From Chloroflexota bacterium (GTDB lineage Bacteria > Chloroflexota > Anaerolineae > Aggregatilineales > UBA3940), in assembly GCA_010092885.1 (NCBI GenBank), contig JAADYX010000127.1, positions 2,369 to 66,368 on the forward strand: a stretch of DNA of 64,000 nucleotides. Direction: 5' to 3'. Under the pieces are notes generated by a model, which was given only the letters and a program-made list of their open reading frames with translations, was not told where the DNA came from and searched no databases. Shown here piece by piece: positions 1 through 9,644 of the stretch. Both the position numbers and the translations under genes were made by a program. Numbering within the stretch: position 1 is the first letter of the stretch; the number at the start of each line of letters is the position of its first letter.

Positions 1-1314
1 GGTGCATTGACCACACTGGGCGCATATGGTGCAGTCGGCCTGGCCAGCCAATTCGACACGGTTGGCGCTTTCATGGATTGGTTCATGGGATACACACAGT
101 CGGGATTGTGGGGCGGCTTCCTGGCAGCTGAGCACCTCCCGGCACTGCGCTCAGGCCTGCAGGTGGCGGTGAGTACGGCCTGGCCGTTGGCCCTTGCTTT
201 CTACGCATTGGGCTTCGTTGGGGTGGGGCGGCTGATCCACCAGACCATTCAGGACAGTAACCGGCTCCCATGGCTTGTCTTCGGGCTGTTATGGCTGTTG
301 ATCTATGGGGTGTTTTTCTGGTGGTGGGAACCATGGAATATCGAGTTCTGGATCGCCTCACTCCCCGCGTGGGGAATGTTTATCCTGGCTGCTCTAGCCC
401 CCAAGGAAGACAGTCAGCTTGTGGCAGCATCATTGGCCTGCGTGCCTTTTGTGCTGTCCGCGCTGCTGGTCAGTGCACACCTCCCGCAGATGCGGGCACT
501 CAATGCCCTGGAAGACGACTACTTCTTCCAACTGACTACCGCACTCGAACCCACGCTCACCACTGACGATATTGTCGTCACACGCGGCAACGTACTGGAC
601 CTCTACCTGCCTTTTTACATAGAGCATCCGCTGGTTTTCTCCATGCGAGAGGCATCCTTTGATGCCGGATCCGACCGAGCCGCCCTCCTTACCATGGTAA
701 CCGCACGCCTTGATGAGGCGTGGCGTACTGGCCGCATTGTGGTGTTGGATGCCTATCTCTTTAACCAACCGTTGGATCCGGCAGACAATGCCTTCGGGTT
801 AACCGAGGAGGAGATCGATACGCTGCAATCGCGCTACCAATGGGTGGAAGGCCCTCTGCTCAACGGCGAGCCTGCCTTTTACACGTTTCCCCGTTATACC
901 GATCCAACCGCTTCAGCCTGGTCATTCGACGGTTCGCTGCTCGGGTGGAGCGCATACGGCGTCTCAGCACCTCGCTTTGCGGAACCCGGCTGGTGCTTCA
1001 CCGGTGGATTCGATCCGCAGGTGAGCAGCCCCCAACTCAGTCTGGATGCCAGCCGCTTCACGCAGCTCGAAGTTGACGTGAGCGTGAGTGTGTCCGGCCT
1101 TGCAGCAGAGATTTTCTGGCGCACGCCAGAAAGTGACTACTCATTGGAGCGTTCCGCCACACTCGACCTGCAGCGGGGACGGCACACCTATACGGTCAAT
1201 CTGGCTGGTATGCCGGGGTGGCAAGGGACTATCACCCGCCTGCGTGTGGATCCAATTCCCGGCGACCAGGATGGAGTCGATGTATGCCTGTACGGTATTG
1301 CACTCACACGCTGA
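1..1314 (+). CDS. polytopic membrane protein, 5'-truncated by the window edge (GT-C-like membrane part plus about 200 aa soluble C-terminal domain)
   Basis: The frame is open from nt 1 (ggt gca ttg...). Several hydrophobic helices are present (LWLLIYGVFFWWW, MFILAALAP). The C-terminal beta-rich part is EVDVSVSVSGLAAEIFWRTPESDY...RLRVDPIP. No family motif recognised with certainty. Confidence 0.6.
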   Translation, partial: GALTTLGAYGAVGLASQFDTVGAFMDWFMGYTQSGLWGGFLAAEHLPALRSGLQVAVSTAWPLALAFYALGFVGVGRLIHQTIQDSNRLPWLVFGLLWLLIYGVFFWWWEPWNIEFWIASLPAWGMFILAALAPKEDSQLVAASLACVPFVLSALLVSAHLPQMRALNALEDDYFFQLTTALEPTLTTDDIVVTRGNVLDLYLPFYIEHPLVFSMREASFDAGSDRAALLTMVTARLDEAWRTGRIVVLDAYLFNQPLDPADNAFGLTEEEIDTLQSRYQWVEGPLLNGEPAFYTFPRYTDPTASAWSFDGSLLGWSAYGVSAPRFAEPGWCFTGGFDPQVSSPQLSLDASRFTQLEVDVSVSVSGLAAEIFWRTPESDYSLERSATLDLQRGRHTYTVNLAGMPGWQGTITRLRVDPIPGDQDGVDVCLYGIALTR

Positions 1315-1319
1315 ACCGG

Positions 1320-2900
1320 TCAGTCGCCCAGCCGCCCGATATCTTCTGTGCCGCCCGCCACAATATATTCGAGCACCAACCGGTGCACAATGCCCTCCAC
1401 GGGCGCATGGTCATCCGTCAGCACGATGTCACCCGGTTCAACTGGCTGTAGATTCTCGTAAGCCAGGCGAAGGCTGGCCCTCAGCAGCGGATCGCCATCT
1501 TCTGAGAGTGCATTCAGGTTCGCCTGCAGATTATCTGCGCTGGTGGGTTGGCGCGTAGCATAGACGAGGCTGTTGAATGTGTTGGGCACATCAACGACAT
1601 ACACACTCGGGAACACCTCCTGCAATGTGCGCACGATTGCGTTGATCAGCTCCCGGTTGATCGGCGTCCGGCCCACATTAAGCACAATGCTGCCATCCTC
1701 TGCAAGCACAGAGTCAACTTCCCGGAAGAACTCGACAGTGGTCATATGCCAGGGCACATAGGGAACACGGTATGCATCAATGGCTACAACAGTGTAGCCA
1801 GCGCCCATATGGTCCAGGGCGACCCGTCCGTCTTCAACAAGCACATCCAAGTTGGGCATTGTCATCCCGAAATAGTCACGGCCCACCTGAACCAGCTCCG
1901 GGTCGATTTCCACACCCGTGATCGCGATGCCCTCGCCATAGACACCCGTGTATTGCTTCGCGACCGTGCCCCCTGCCAACCCGATGATCGCCAACCGCTC
2001 GACTTCATCAGGTGTGTAGGGCGGCTCATTAAAATACGGTGCCACCAGAAAGTAATCCCACACGCCGCCGGTAAAGGCAACAGGGATCTCCGGATTGTAA
2101 ATCGAGTGAATCGCCACCCCTTCATTGAGCAGCATGTACCGGGTGCGGTTTTCGGTCTCCACAACCTGCACCAGGTTGTAGGGGGTCTCGGCCTCGTACA
2201 GCAGACTCAACCCGGGCGGTGGTGGTTTGATGGGCCCACGCAGCCCAAAGATCGCAAGCAGGCCAATCACGAAGGGCATCCATGCGTGCCGCACCACCGG
2301 CCCGCCTTCAATCAGCATGCCTGCCAGTGCGACGATCAACGGGATTGATGCCAAAATAAGAAATGCTGGCGTCGTGCCCACGCCAGGCACCAGCACCAGC
2401 ACCGCACCAAACGCCCCAAGCAGGCTGCCTGCCGTGTTGAGCGCATACACCCGACCGGCTACTTTTCCGCTGTGCGCTGGGTCATCGACAGCCAGCCTGA
2501 TCACATAGGGTGAGACCATGCCCAGCAGACCCACCGGCACAATGAACAGCACCAGCGTCACAACCACCCACAATACGATCGCCCCGATGTTGATCTCAGC
2601 AAAGGCTACTGCTGCGCCCAACAGTGCAGGCCGCCCGATGAACGGGATCAGCGCAGTGCAAAGCGACGCCCACGCCAACAGCGCATAGAACACCCGGGCA
2701 TCGGGGTGGCGGTCGGCGATACGCCCCCCGACAAAATACCCGATTGTCAGGTAAGCCAGCATCATCGAGATGATCCCGGCATAAGCCACATCGGAGGTGC
2801 CGTAGATGTTGCCCAGCAGACGGGCGGTTGTCAGTTCAATGCCGAGAGTCGTCAAGCCTGCGATAAACGATGTCGCGTATAACAACGGCCGGTTTGGCAT
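1320..2900 (-). CDS. fused multi-TM / spermidine-synthase-like (class I SAM-fold aminopropyltransferase) membrane protein
   Basis: ATG start. The N-terminal roughly 220 aa are hydrophobic helices. The C-terminal part has the Rossmann motif IIGLAGGT and VEIDPELV, typical of the spermidine synthase family. Confidence 0.8.
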   Translation of the reverse strand: MPNRPLLYATSFIAGLTTLGIELTTARLLGNIYGTSDVAYAGIISMMLAYLTIGYFVGGRIADRHPDARVFYALLAWASLCTALIPFIGRPALLGAAVAFAEINIGAIVLWVVVTLVLFIVPVGLLGMVSPYVIRLAVDDPAHSGKVAGRVYALNTAGSLLGAFGAVLVLVPGVGTTPAFLILASIPLIVALAGMLIEGGPVVRHAWMPFVIGLLAIFGLRGPIKPPPPGLSLLYEAETPYNLVQVVETENRTRYMLLNEGVAIHSIYNPEIPVAFTGGVWDYFLVAPYFNEPPYTPDEVERLAIIGLAGGTVAKQYTGVYGEGIAITGVEIDPELVQVGRDYFGMTMPNLDVLVEDGRVALDHMGAGYTVVAIDAYRVPYVPWHMTTVEFFREVDSVLAEDGSIVLNVGRTPINRELINAIVRTLQEVFPSVYVVDVPNTFNSLVYATRQPTSADNLQANLNALSEDGDPLLRASLRLAYENLQPVEPGDIVLTDDHAPVEGIVHRLVLEYIVAGGTEDIGRLGD

Positions 2901-2942
2901 AGGTTGGCAAATCCTCTACACAGCGAACAATGCGGCGGGAGT

Positions 2943-5900
2943 TTACCCGCGCCGGTGCCGGATATACCACAACGTGCCGAGCCCCAACAGTGTCAGCATC
3001 ACCAGTGGGATGCCTACTACCCGCAGCAGCTGCGCGATAAACGGGGGCGGCGCATCCGGAATTGGGTTGCGGAATTCGGCTGCAGCGGTCGAAAACTGCC
3101 AGACCGGTCCACTGATGGTGTCTCCCTGTCTGTCGGTCGCCTCAACACGCCAATGATAGGTCGCTGAGGGATTCAGTTCGCCGACCACCAGAGACGTATC
3201 ACCGACGGTGCCGCTAAACGGCGGGTCAGCCTCAATCCCCAGGTAGATGTTGTACGTCAGCCGGGCACATGGGTCAGCATCTTCCGACCACTGCAATGTC
3301 ACACTGCCGGGGTGTCCGTGGGATCCGTTGGCGGGCAGGGGGAATTGTGGCACCGGGGGCAGTACGGGATCAGCGTCCGGCAAGTAATTCAACGCGATCA
3401 GTTCACCGGCATCCACCACGATCACCTCGCCATCACCGGTCAGGGCGACATCGCTCACGTAGTCGCCCCGCCAATAGCCCCGCTCCTCTGGATCATCACC
3501 GCTGACATCTATGATTCGCAGCCCACAGTGCCCATCGGCTACATAGATCGTGCCCGCATCATAGACCGCCCGGAGTGCCTCCCCCGGTGTGTTGAATGTC
3601 ATAACAGGTTCACCAGCAGCCACCAACGAAAGGCCCGGTTCGCCCAATGTGAGCACAAGCGGATCGCCGCCGCTTATGGATGTGGGTGGGTTCTCTGTGG
3701 GGCTGCTCGTCTCCACAATGCGGGGAGGATCGGCACTGGCATCAACTCCCAATGCTTCAATACCGCCTTCCCAGCTTACCAGCAGATGCGAGTCGCCAAG
3801 TGCCAGTACATCTGTCACGAACGTGCCCAACACCGATGTACGGGTGAAAAGCGGGCGCGGTTCACTCAGTGTGAACGCCAGCAAACCACCTTCTGCCAGC
3901 GCCGCATACCCTCGATCCCCGACCGCCGCTGACCGTGTCACCGGTGACGGCGTGCTCAGACGGCCCATCAGCGTCAGATCGGGTGCAAAGAGCTCAACCC
4001 CACCATTTGTTGAGACAAGCAGTATCCCTGCCGGGCCGGTGGTCACATGCTGCCCCAGTTCGGAAAGTGAGGACTGATCGACCTGAACCGGGTTCATTGG
4101 ATCACTGATATCCCACACTGTCACCGATTCGCCCACAGTAAAGAGCCGGTCCCCGTCACGGTGCAGGCCAAAAACGGCCTCACCAAGCAGATCGCGTCGT
4201 GTGTCCGGCTGCCGGATGTCCACCAGGCCGAAACCCTCATCTCCATAAGCTACAAAAGCCGCACTCCCGGCGATCAGCACGGCCTGACCGGTGGATCGGA
4301 AACCGCCCACTTCCAAGACACCACCATCCAGATCGCGCACATCATAGAGTGTAACAGGACCGCCCGGTAGATAGGCGCCGAAAAGATCCTCGGTGAAGAA
4401 TCCGCGCGATGCCACCTGCAGGAGTTCACCCCGGTCGAAGACGGTGATCTGTGCCGGATCGTCCACGTTCAGGCGCAGCATGCCGTTCTCTGACAGCGTA
4501 TACACAGACGAGTCATATGGGGCAGGGATCAACTGTGCGGGGCGACGCGTCTCGATTTGCGAGAGACTCACCAGCCCGGCTGCCGGTTGGCTCACATCGA
4601 TCGCAACAAGCGATCCATCAACCAGCAGCAGCACCACCTGCTCGCCCTGATGCAGTAGATCCATTGGAGGCACAGGCGTTGTTACCCGGTTAAGCAGCGT
4701 CAGCGAACGAGCATCCAGGATCGCCAGACCGGATGTATCCGCCGCGTAGATGAGGTCACCCACTGCTGCCACGCGCGTCACCGGACCCGTCAGCGCGGTT
4801 CGCCCGGCTAACTGCCCGGCGCGATTGTATACCCACAGTCCGGCTTCCCCAGCGGCGAGCACAATACGGTTCCCATCGGCATCAATATCCTGAATGGGCA
4901 GATCCCGTCTGACCGTAGTCTGTGGCCGCAGACCTGCCGGCCCGGCCATCGTCAGAACGGACCAACCGTTCACGCCGGCTGCTATCACCGTTTGACCCTC
5001 CGTGGTGATCCGGCCCGGGTTAGGCAGTGTCATGTAAGCTGTCCGGGGTAGGGGGACGCCCTCTGTCAGCTCAATCTGCTGGAAGCCGCCGTGGCCCAAT
5101 CCCACCCATGCGAACCGCTCTCCGGTCGTGATATGGGTACCGAAGCCTGTATCCCCGAGGTTGCCAAGTTCATAGGGCGCAGCGGGAGTCACCAGGCTGA
5201 GCGCAATGATATCTGCGCCCGGCCCGCTGTTCGTCAGCAAAAGTGTGTTCCCTTGAGCCGCCATGTCGGCGATCCCTTCCGCCGAGCGGTACCGGTTGAG
5301 CACGCCTGGCTCCGCAGTAGCGCGGATATCGTAGGTTGTCAGGCCAGCTGCATGCAGCCCGTACAGGTAGGTGTCGGCCGCACCCACATCATTGACCGCC
5401 TCCCTGACCAACGCAAGACGCCCCATCTGTGCCGGGCGATTGATATCCGCAACAACCACGCCGCGATCACTCGCCAGATATGCTCGCTTCCCCTGAATGC
5501 TGACTGTCCGGTAGGCATTACCTGCTTCCGGTGCGAGACTTCCGACAATGGCCGGAGCAGCACGGCGCAGCACATCCACCGCGACAAGCCCTGCTTCTTC
5601 GCAAGCGATGTACAGCACAGAACCACGCTGTGCCAGATCCGCCGCCGGGCAGCCCAACTGCACGTAGATAGGTTCAGGCTCAGCCAGGTTAATTGCTGCT
5701 AGACCAGCTTCGCCCGCAGCCGCATACAGCCAACCCTCATCCAGCAAAACGGAACGTGCAGGGCCTTCCAGCGGAATACGTCGTATCAGAGAAGGGGTTG
5801 CATAATTGGTCGCGTCAATGAGGGCAACCCCGTCGTCGCCCAACGCGGCAGCAGCTGTCTCGCCATCGAAAGCGACACCCTCCGGCCTGCCTGGGAGCCC

Positions 5901-6827
5901 AACCCGGCCTAACAGCAGAGGTTGGAACAAACTACCGATATCCAGCAGGCGCAGGTTGTCTTCCCCGGCGACCACAGCCGTATTGCCGCTCAGAGCGACA
6001 TCGTAGGCTGGGCTGCTGTTTTCCGTATAGGCTTGCACCGGACGATCCGGCGTAGGCAGCCACATGATCTTCAACCCATCGCGCTGGTCGGCTACCAAAA
6101 CCGTATCCGTTCGTACGACCATGCGCCGTGCATCACCCAGCGGCGTGTAGATCCCGATCAATGCATCGCGCTCTGGATCGACAACAAATACGCGAGGACC
6201 ACTGCCTACAACTAACAGTCGCCCGGATACGGTCACCGCATCAGCCCCTTGGACTGATGTCACCCGTGCCAGTGTGGCGGGCTGCTGGCTGCTATCCACC
6301 CGGTAAAGACCACCCTGCCCGGCGGCTGCAAACAACTGACCGTCAAGGATGGCTACGTCAAGCACATCTTTCTCTTGCAGCACGCCCGGGAGTGGGATCA
6401 GCGTTCCGTCCGGCTGCCGCGCAAAAAGCCGCAGACCGGCTTCCCGGGCCGCCACCGCCACCAGATCGTCGCGCACAGCGAAGCTCTCGCCACCACCCGG
6501 CGCAAACGCTTGAACCACACCGCGGTCATCCAAGCGCAGTAATCCTCGCTCCGTTAACACAAGGATCTCGGAGTCGAGCACGTGTATCGCCATGACAGTG
6601 CCCTGTCCGGGCGTGATCTCCGCCGTGACGCGCGAAAGATCAGGGCTGAAGCGCAGCAGGCGATCGTCACTGCCAGCGAGCACACTGCCATCCGATAGGG
6701 GAACGGCCTGCCCCACCCAACCACCCAGACGATCAAGCAGCATGACCCGCTGCGAGTCAGCCCGAGCCTGTGGTACGCTCAGAAGGACGAGTATAATAAC
6801 CAACAAACTGGTGCGAATGACTCTCAT
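2943..6827 (-). CDS. large secreted LVIVD-type beta-propeller repeat protein with C-terminal FN3-like domain and TM anchor
   Basis: Signal peptide MRVIRTSLLVIILVLLSVPQARA. Dozens of degenerate repeats end in GL.i.D.s (GLRIIDVSG, GLAILDARS, GLVAVDV, GVALIDAT). FN3-like segment is VTLQWSE...ATYHWRVEATD...WQFST. Terminal helix is IPLVMLTLLGLGTLWYIRHRRG. Confidence 0.75.
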   Translation of the reverse strand: MRVIRTSLLVIILVLLSVPQARADSQRVMLLDRLGGWVGQAVPLSDGSVLAGSDDRLLRFSPDLSRVTAEITPGQGTVMAIHVLDSEILVLTERGLLRLDDRGVVQAFAPGGGESFAVRDDLVAVAAREAGLRLFARQPDGTLIPLPGVLQEKDVLDVAILDGQLFAAAGQGGLYRVDSSQQPATLARVTSVQGADAVTVSGRLLVVGSGPRVFVVDPERDALIGIYTPLGDARRMVVRTDTVLVADQRDGLKIMWLPTPDRPVQAYTENSSPAYDVALSGNTAVVAGEDNLRLLDIGSLFQPLLLGRVGLPGRPEGVAFDGETAAAALGDDGVALIDATNYATPSLIRRIPLEGPARSVLLDEGWLYAAAGEAGLAAINLAEPEPIYVQLGCPAADLAQRGSVLYIACEEAGLVAVDVLRRAAPAIVGSLAPEAGNAYRTVSIQGKRAYLASDRGVVVADINRPAQMGRLALVREAVNDVGAADTYLYGLHAAGLTTYDIRATAEPGVLNRYRSAEGIADMAAQGNTLLLTNSGPGADIIALSLVTPAAPYELGNLGDTGFGTHITTGERFAWVGLGHGGFQQIELTEGVPLPRTAYMTLPNPGRITTEGQTVIAAGVNGWSVLTMAGPAGLRPQTTVRRDLPIQDIDADGNRIVLAAGEAGLWVYNRAGQLAGRTALTGPVTRVAAVGDLIYAADTSGLAILDARSLTLLNRVTTPVPPMDLLHQGEQVVLLLVDGSLVAIDVSQPAAGLVSLSQIETRRPAQLIPAPYDSSVYTLSENGMLRLNVDDPAQITVFDRGELLQVASRGFFTEDLFGAYLPGGPVTLYDVRDLDGGVLEVGGFRSTGQAVLIAGSAAFVAYGDEGFGLVDIRQPDTRRDLLGEAVFGLHRDGDRLFTVGESVTVWDISDPMNPVQVDQSSLSELGQHVTTGPAGILLVSTNGGVELFAPDLTLMGRLSTPSPVTRSAAVGDRGYAALAEGGLLAFTLSEPRPLFTRTSVLGTFVTDVLALGDSHLLVSWEGGIEALGVDASADPPRIVETSSPTENPPTSISGGDPLVLTLGEPGLSLVAAGEPVMTFNTPGEALRAVYDAGTIYVADGHCGLRIIDVSGDDPEERGYWRGDYVSDVALTGDGEVIVVDAGELIALNYLPDADPVLPPVPQFPLPANGSHGHPGSVTLQWSEDADPCARLTYNIYLGIEADPPFSGTVGDTSLVVGELNPSATYHWRVEATDRQGDTISGPVWQFSTAAAEFRNPIPDAPPPFIAQLLRVVGIPLVMLTLLGLGTLWYIRHRRG

Positions 6828-6842
6828 TCCGGAGGCGCCTCT

Positions 6843-7466
6843 ATGTCAGATTCGTTGGATCAGGTAGCAACAGAAATCGCCGGGTGCACTAAGTGTGCCC
6901 TACACGCAGGCCGCACAAAGACGGTTCCAGGGGCGGGCAGCCCCAATGCCGAGATCATGTTCATCGGTGAGGGACCCGGCTTCCATGAAGACCAGAGCGG
7001 TCTGCCGTTTGTCGGGCGCGCTGGGGACTTCCTCAATGAACTGCTCGGGACAATCGGTCTGGCGCGTGAGGATGTCTTCATCGCAAACGTTGTCAAGTGC
7101 CGCCCTCCGCAGAACCGTGACCCCAAACCGAAGGAGATCGAGGCGTGCAGTGACTACTTGCAGCGCCAGATCGACCTCATCAACCCGAAGATCATCGTAA
7201 CCCTTGGTCGTTTCAGCATGGCGCGTTGGTTCCCGAATGCCAAGATCTCCGAGATCCATGGTACCCCATATCGCTTTGGTGACCGGCTGGTCGTGCCATT
7301 CTACCATCCGGTGGCAGCACTGCGAAGGGCCAGTCTGCAAGGTGATGTGCGCGCTGATTTCAACACGCTCCCCGGGCTGATCGAAAAGGTGGCTCAGGGT
7401 GACTTCACCGGTATGCCAGTCGGTGCCATCGGAGATGAACCACCCCAGCAGTTGAGTCTATTCTGA
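6843..7466 (+). CDS. uracil-DNA glycosylase, family 4
   Basis: GGAGG SD upstream of the ATG. Motifs CTKCALH, FIGEGPGFHEDQSGLPFVGRAG, NVVKCRPP, FYHPVAALR. Confidence 0.9.
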   Translation: MSDSLDQVATEIAGCTKCALHAGRTKTVPGAGSPNAEIMFIGEGPGFHEDQSGLPFVGRAGDFLNELLGTIGLAREDVFIANVVKCRPPQNRDPKPKEIEACSDYLQRQIDLINPKIIVTLGRFSMARWFPNAKISEIHGTPYRFGDRLVVPFYHPVAALRRASLQGDVRADFNTLPGLIEKVAQGDFTGMPVGAIGDEPPQQLSLF

Positions 7467-7615
7467 TGGAACAGATAGACGCACCCATGGAAGAAAAACA
7501 TGTTCCTATTGGCCTGGTGCTGCTGGTCATCGTGATGGGGCTGCTGGCTGTTGCTGTGCTTACCGCTGGCGCTTTGCTGCTAACCCGTCCAGAGCTCTTC
7601 ACGCCGGTTTTTTAG
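7466..7615 (+). CDS. 49 aa single-TM microprotein (hypothetical), below the ORF-track size cutoff
   Basis: Its ATG overlaps the UDG stop (TGATG). Translation is MEQIDAPMEEKHVPIGLVLLVIVMGLLAVAVLTAGALLLTRPELFTPVF, with codon third positions GC-rich like the neighbours. Confidence 0.35.
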   Translation: MEQIDAPMEEKHVPIGLVLLVIVMGLLAVAVLTAGALLLTRPELFTPVF

Positions 7616-7621
7616 CGCTCC

Positions 7622-9076
7622 CTAACGCCGGATTGTCTCGTCGAAAGGTCTGGGCAGCGGCAGCCACACCTTAAACGTTGTTCCTGCACCGGGCTGGCTT
7701 TGCACACCAACCTTTCCTCCGTGCGCTTCGACCAATTCGCGCACGATGGTCAGGCCCAGACCCGTGCCCTTTTTGCTGCCCGATCCACTGCGCGCACGGG
7801 ATTTGTCCACCTGGTAGAACCGCTCGAAAATATGCGGCAGATCCTCTGCGGGGATTCCAGGACCCGTATCGCTCACCGCGATCACCACACCATCGCTGCG
7901 TTCTTTGGCTCGTACGGTGACCTGCCCACCCTGGGGCGTATGGGTGATCGCATTGTCCACCAGATTGGTGAATACCTGTGCCAGCCGGTCGCCATCACCT
8001 GTCAACTGAGGAAGCCCGTTGATGTCCGTCTCCAGTACAATGTCTTTCTCCCCAGCTTGAATTGATAGATGATCCGTGATGTTGTTCAGTAGTTGGCTCA
8101 GGTCCACATAGTCCCGAGCAAGCACAGCCGCACGCGATTCAAGCCGTGCCAGATCCAGCAGATCATCCACCATGCGCCGCATTCGGGCTGCTTCATCGTA
8201 GATCACGCGGGCAGCGCGTCCCGGGTCCTGGGTCGCTCCGTCCAGTATGGCCTGGGCAAAGCCCTGAATTGAGGTCAGCGGCGTCTTGAGATCATGGGAC
8301 ACATTGGCCAGAAAGTCTTGCTGAGCCTTCTGGGTGCGTTGGACCTGTTCCACCATATGGTTGAATGAATACGCCATCTCCCGGACCTCCTGTGGCCCCT
8401 CGACGGGTGCATTGCGCGAATAGTCCCCCCCTGCGATGGCATGTGCAGTTGCCGCCACACGGGCCAATGGCCTCGACACGGAGTTGGCAATCACGAGTGC
8501 CAGCACCAACGATACCAACAGAGCAATCACACCGGCCTGAGCCATAGGCCAGAAGATCGAGTTGAGGATGACAAACAGCGATCCACTCCGGTCGACTTCC
8601 ACCGCGAAGATCGACCAACCAGCGCGTTCGGCTCCGCCGGGCGGGGCCAAAACTACATAAACGTACTGAGCCTGGGTGTTGGGATCGCTGAACATGCCAC
8701 CCCGACGAATGTCATCAGTGAGTGCCCTGGGCCGGATGGCAGGCGAGGTATCTGGATCGATGTTTAACATCTGCCCGGTCAGTTCACCAGCGCTGTCGTA
8801 CAGAACGGATCCGTTCCGCCGGATGCTGAGTGTCCGGATATCATTCTCCTGTGCGGCCTGGCTCAAGATCATGGACTGGTTGTCCGGATTCACGCTGAGC
8901 GGACCGGCATATTTCAGGGCGACTTCGCGCGCATCACGGAAGGCCTGCAGGACAACGGGATTGTCCGCAGTTGACAGGAACAGAATCGCCGTCAGAGCAA
9001 GGCTGCCGATTACCAGGGTAATCGCAATCACAATCACATAGGAAAGCAGCAGTCTGCTCTGCAGCGTTTTAAACAT
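7622..9076 (-). CDS. sensor histidine kinase (2 TM, HAMP, HisKA, HATPase_c)
   Basis: H-box NVSHDLKTPLTSIQGF, N-box LVDNAITHTP, G1 DTGPGI, G2 GTGLGLTIV. A HAMP-like segment follows the second TM helix. No response regulator is adjacent. Confidence 0.9.
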   Translation of the reverse strand: MFKTLQSRLLLSYVIVIAITLVIGSLALTAILFLSTADNPVVLQAFRDAREVALKYAGPLSVNPDNQSMILSQAAQENDIRTLSIRRNGSVLYDSAGELTGQMLNIDPDTSPAIRPRALTDDIRRGGMFSDPNTQAQYVYVVLAPPGGAERAGWSIFAVEVDRSGSLFVILNSIFWPMAQAGVIALLVSLVLALVIANSVSRPLARVAATAHAIAGGDYSRNAPVEGPQEVREMAYSFNHMVEQVQRTQKAQQDFLANVSHDLKTPLTSIQGFAQAILDGATQDPGRAARVIYDEAARMRRMVDDLLDLARLESRAAVLARDYVDLSQLLNNITDHLSIQAGEKDIVLETDINGLPQLTGDGDRLAQVFTNLVDNAITHTPQGGQVTVRAKERSDGVVIAVSDTGPGIPAEDLPHIFERFYQVDKSRARSGSGSKKGTGLGLTIVRELVEAHGGKVGVQSQPGAGTTFKVWLPLPRPFDETIRR

Positions 9077-9477
9077 CAGTCGAGCACTTCCGCGTCAACA
9101 TCAACAACTTCGCCCACATCCGCTGAAGGGTCAGCTTCTCCGCTGGTCAGCCGGCTGCGGATCGCGCGCAGGTGTTCTGTGACGACGTCTGTGGGTGCGC
9201 TTTGAATAAACAGCGTCAGCCCGGCCACGATGATGGTCAGGTCGTCAGCGATGACCAACGGCCCCAACACAGGGAAAAGCACTTCCGACAGAATATCAAG
9301 CGGACTGAAGATGTACACCACCGACAGGAGAGGAATGAGCTTCAAACCGAGATTAACACGGCCATCCTGAAACAGCCGCCATGCCAATTGCAGACGATCT
9401 ATCAGGCTGCGGATCAGGCCGACACGTTCGTCCGGATCCTCCGGCATGCGCGGCCTATTGCGTGATGTGTTTGTCAT
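9076..9477 (-). CDS. DUF1232 (YkvA-like) membrane protein
   Basis: Start moved to the internal ATG (MTNTSRN...), which has an AAGGGG SD. Core is KLIPLLSVVYIFSPLDILSEVLFPVLGPLVIADD. Its stop overlaps the kinase ATG (TGATG). Confidence 0.7.
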   Translation of the reverse strand: MTNTSRNRPRMPEDPDERVGLIRSLIDRLQLAWRLFQDGRVNLGLKLIPLLSVVYIFSPLDILSEVLFPVLGPLVIADDLTIIVAGLTLFIQSAPTDVVTEHLRAIRSRLTSGEADPSADVGEVVDVDAEVLD

Positions 9478-9511
9478 ATACGGCCCCTTCGTTGCTGGTT
9501 CAATCACCTTT

Positions 9512-9540
9512 AGTATGCTGACAACTGTCAGCCACCGCAA
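9512..9540 (-). promoter_or_regulatory. candidate sigma70-type promoter TTGCGG-N17-CATACT with a perfect 16 nt palindrome (GCTGACAACTGTCAGC, 9517-9532) in the spacer
   Basis: Read directly on the minus strand, about 35 nt upstream of the DUF1232 ATG. The palindrome is a plausible operator. Confidence 0.35.
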
Positions 9541-9644
9541 CCACTAACGCTTTTCAAACAAACATAGTACCCGGTGCATATTGACTGCCGTGATCCGCTC
9601 CCCTTACAATCAGAACACATGAGCGCAACCGCCGGAGGATGTAG

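Noticed and set aside
9490-9512. tRNA T-arm-like string ggttcaatc
   Set aside because: No acceptor or anticodon stems can be folded around it. It lies in the 5' leader of the DUF1232 gene.
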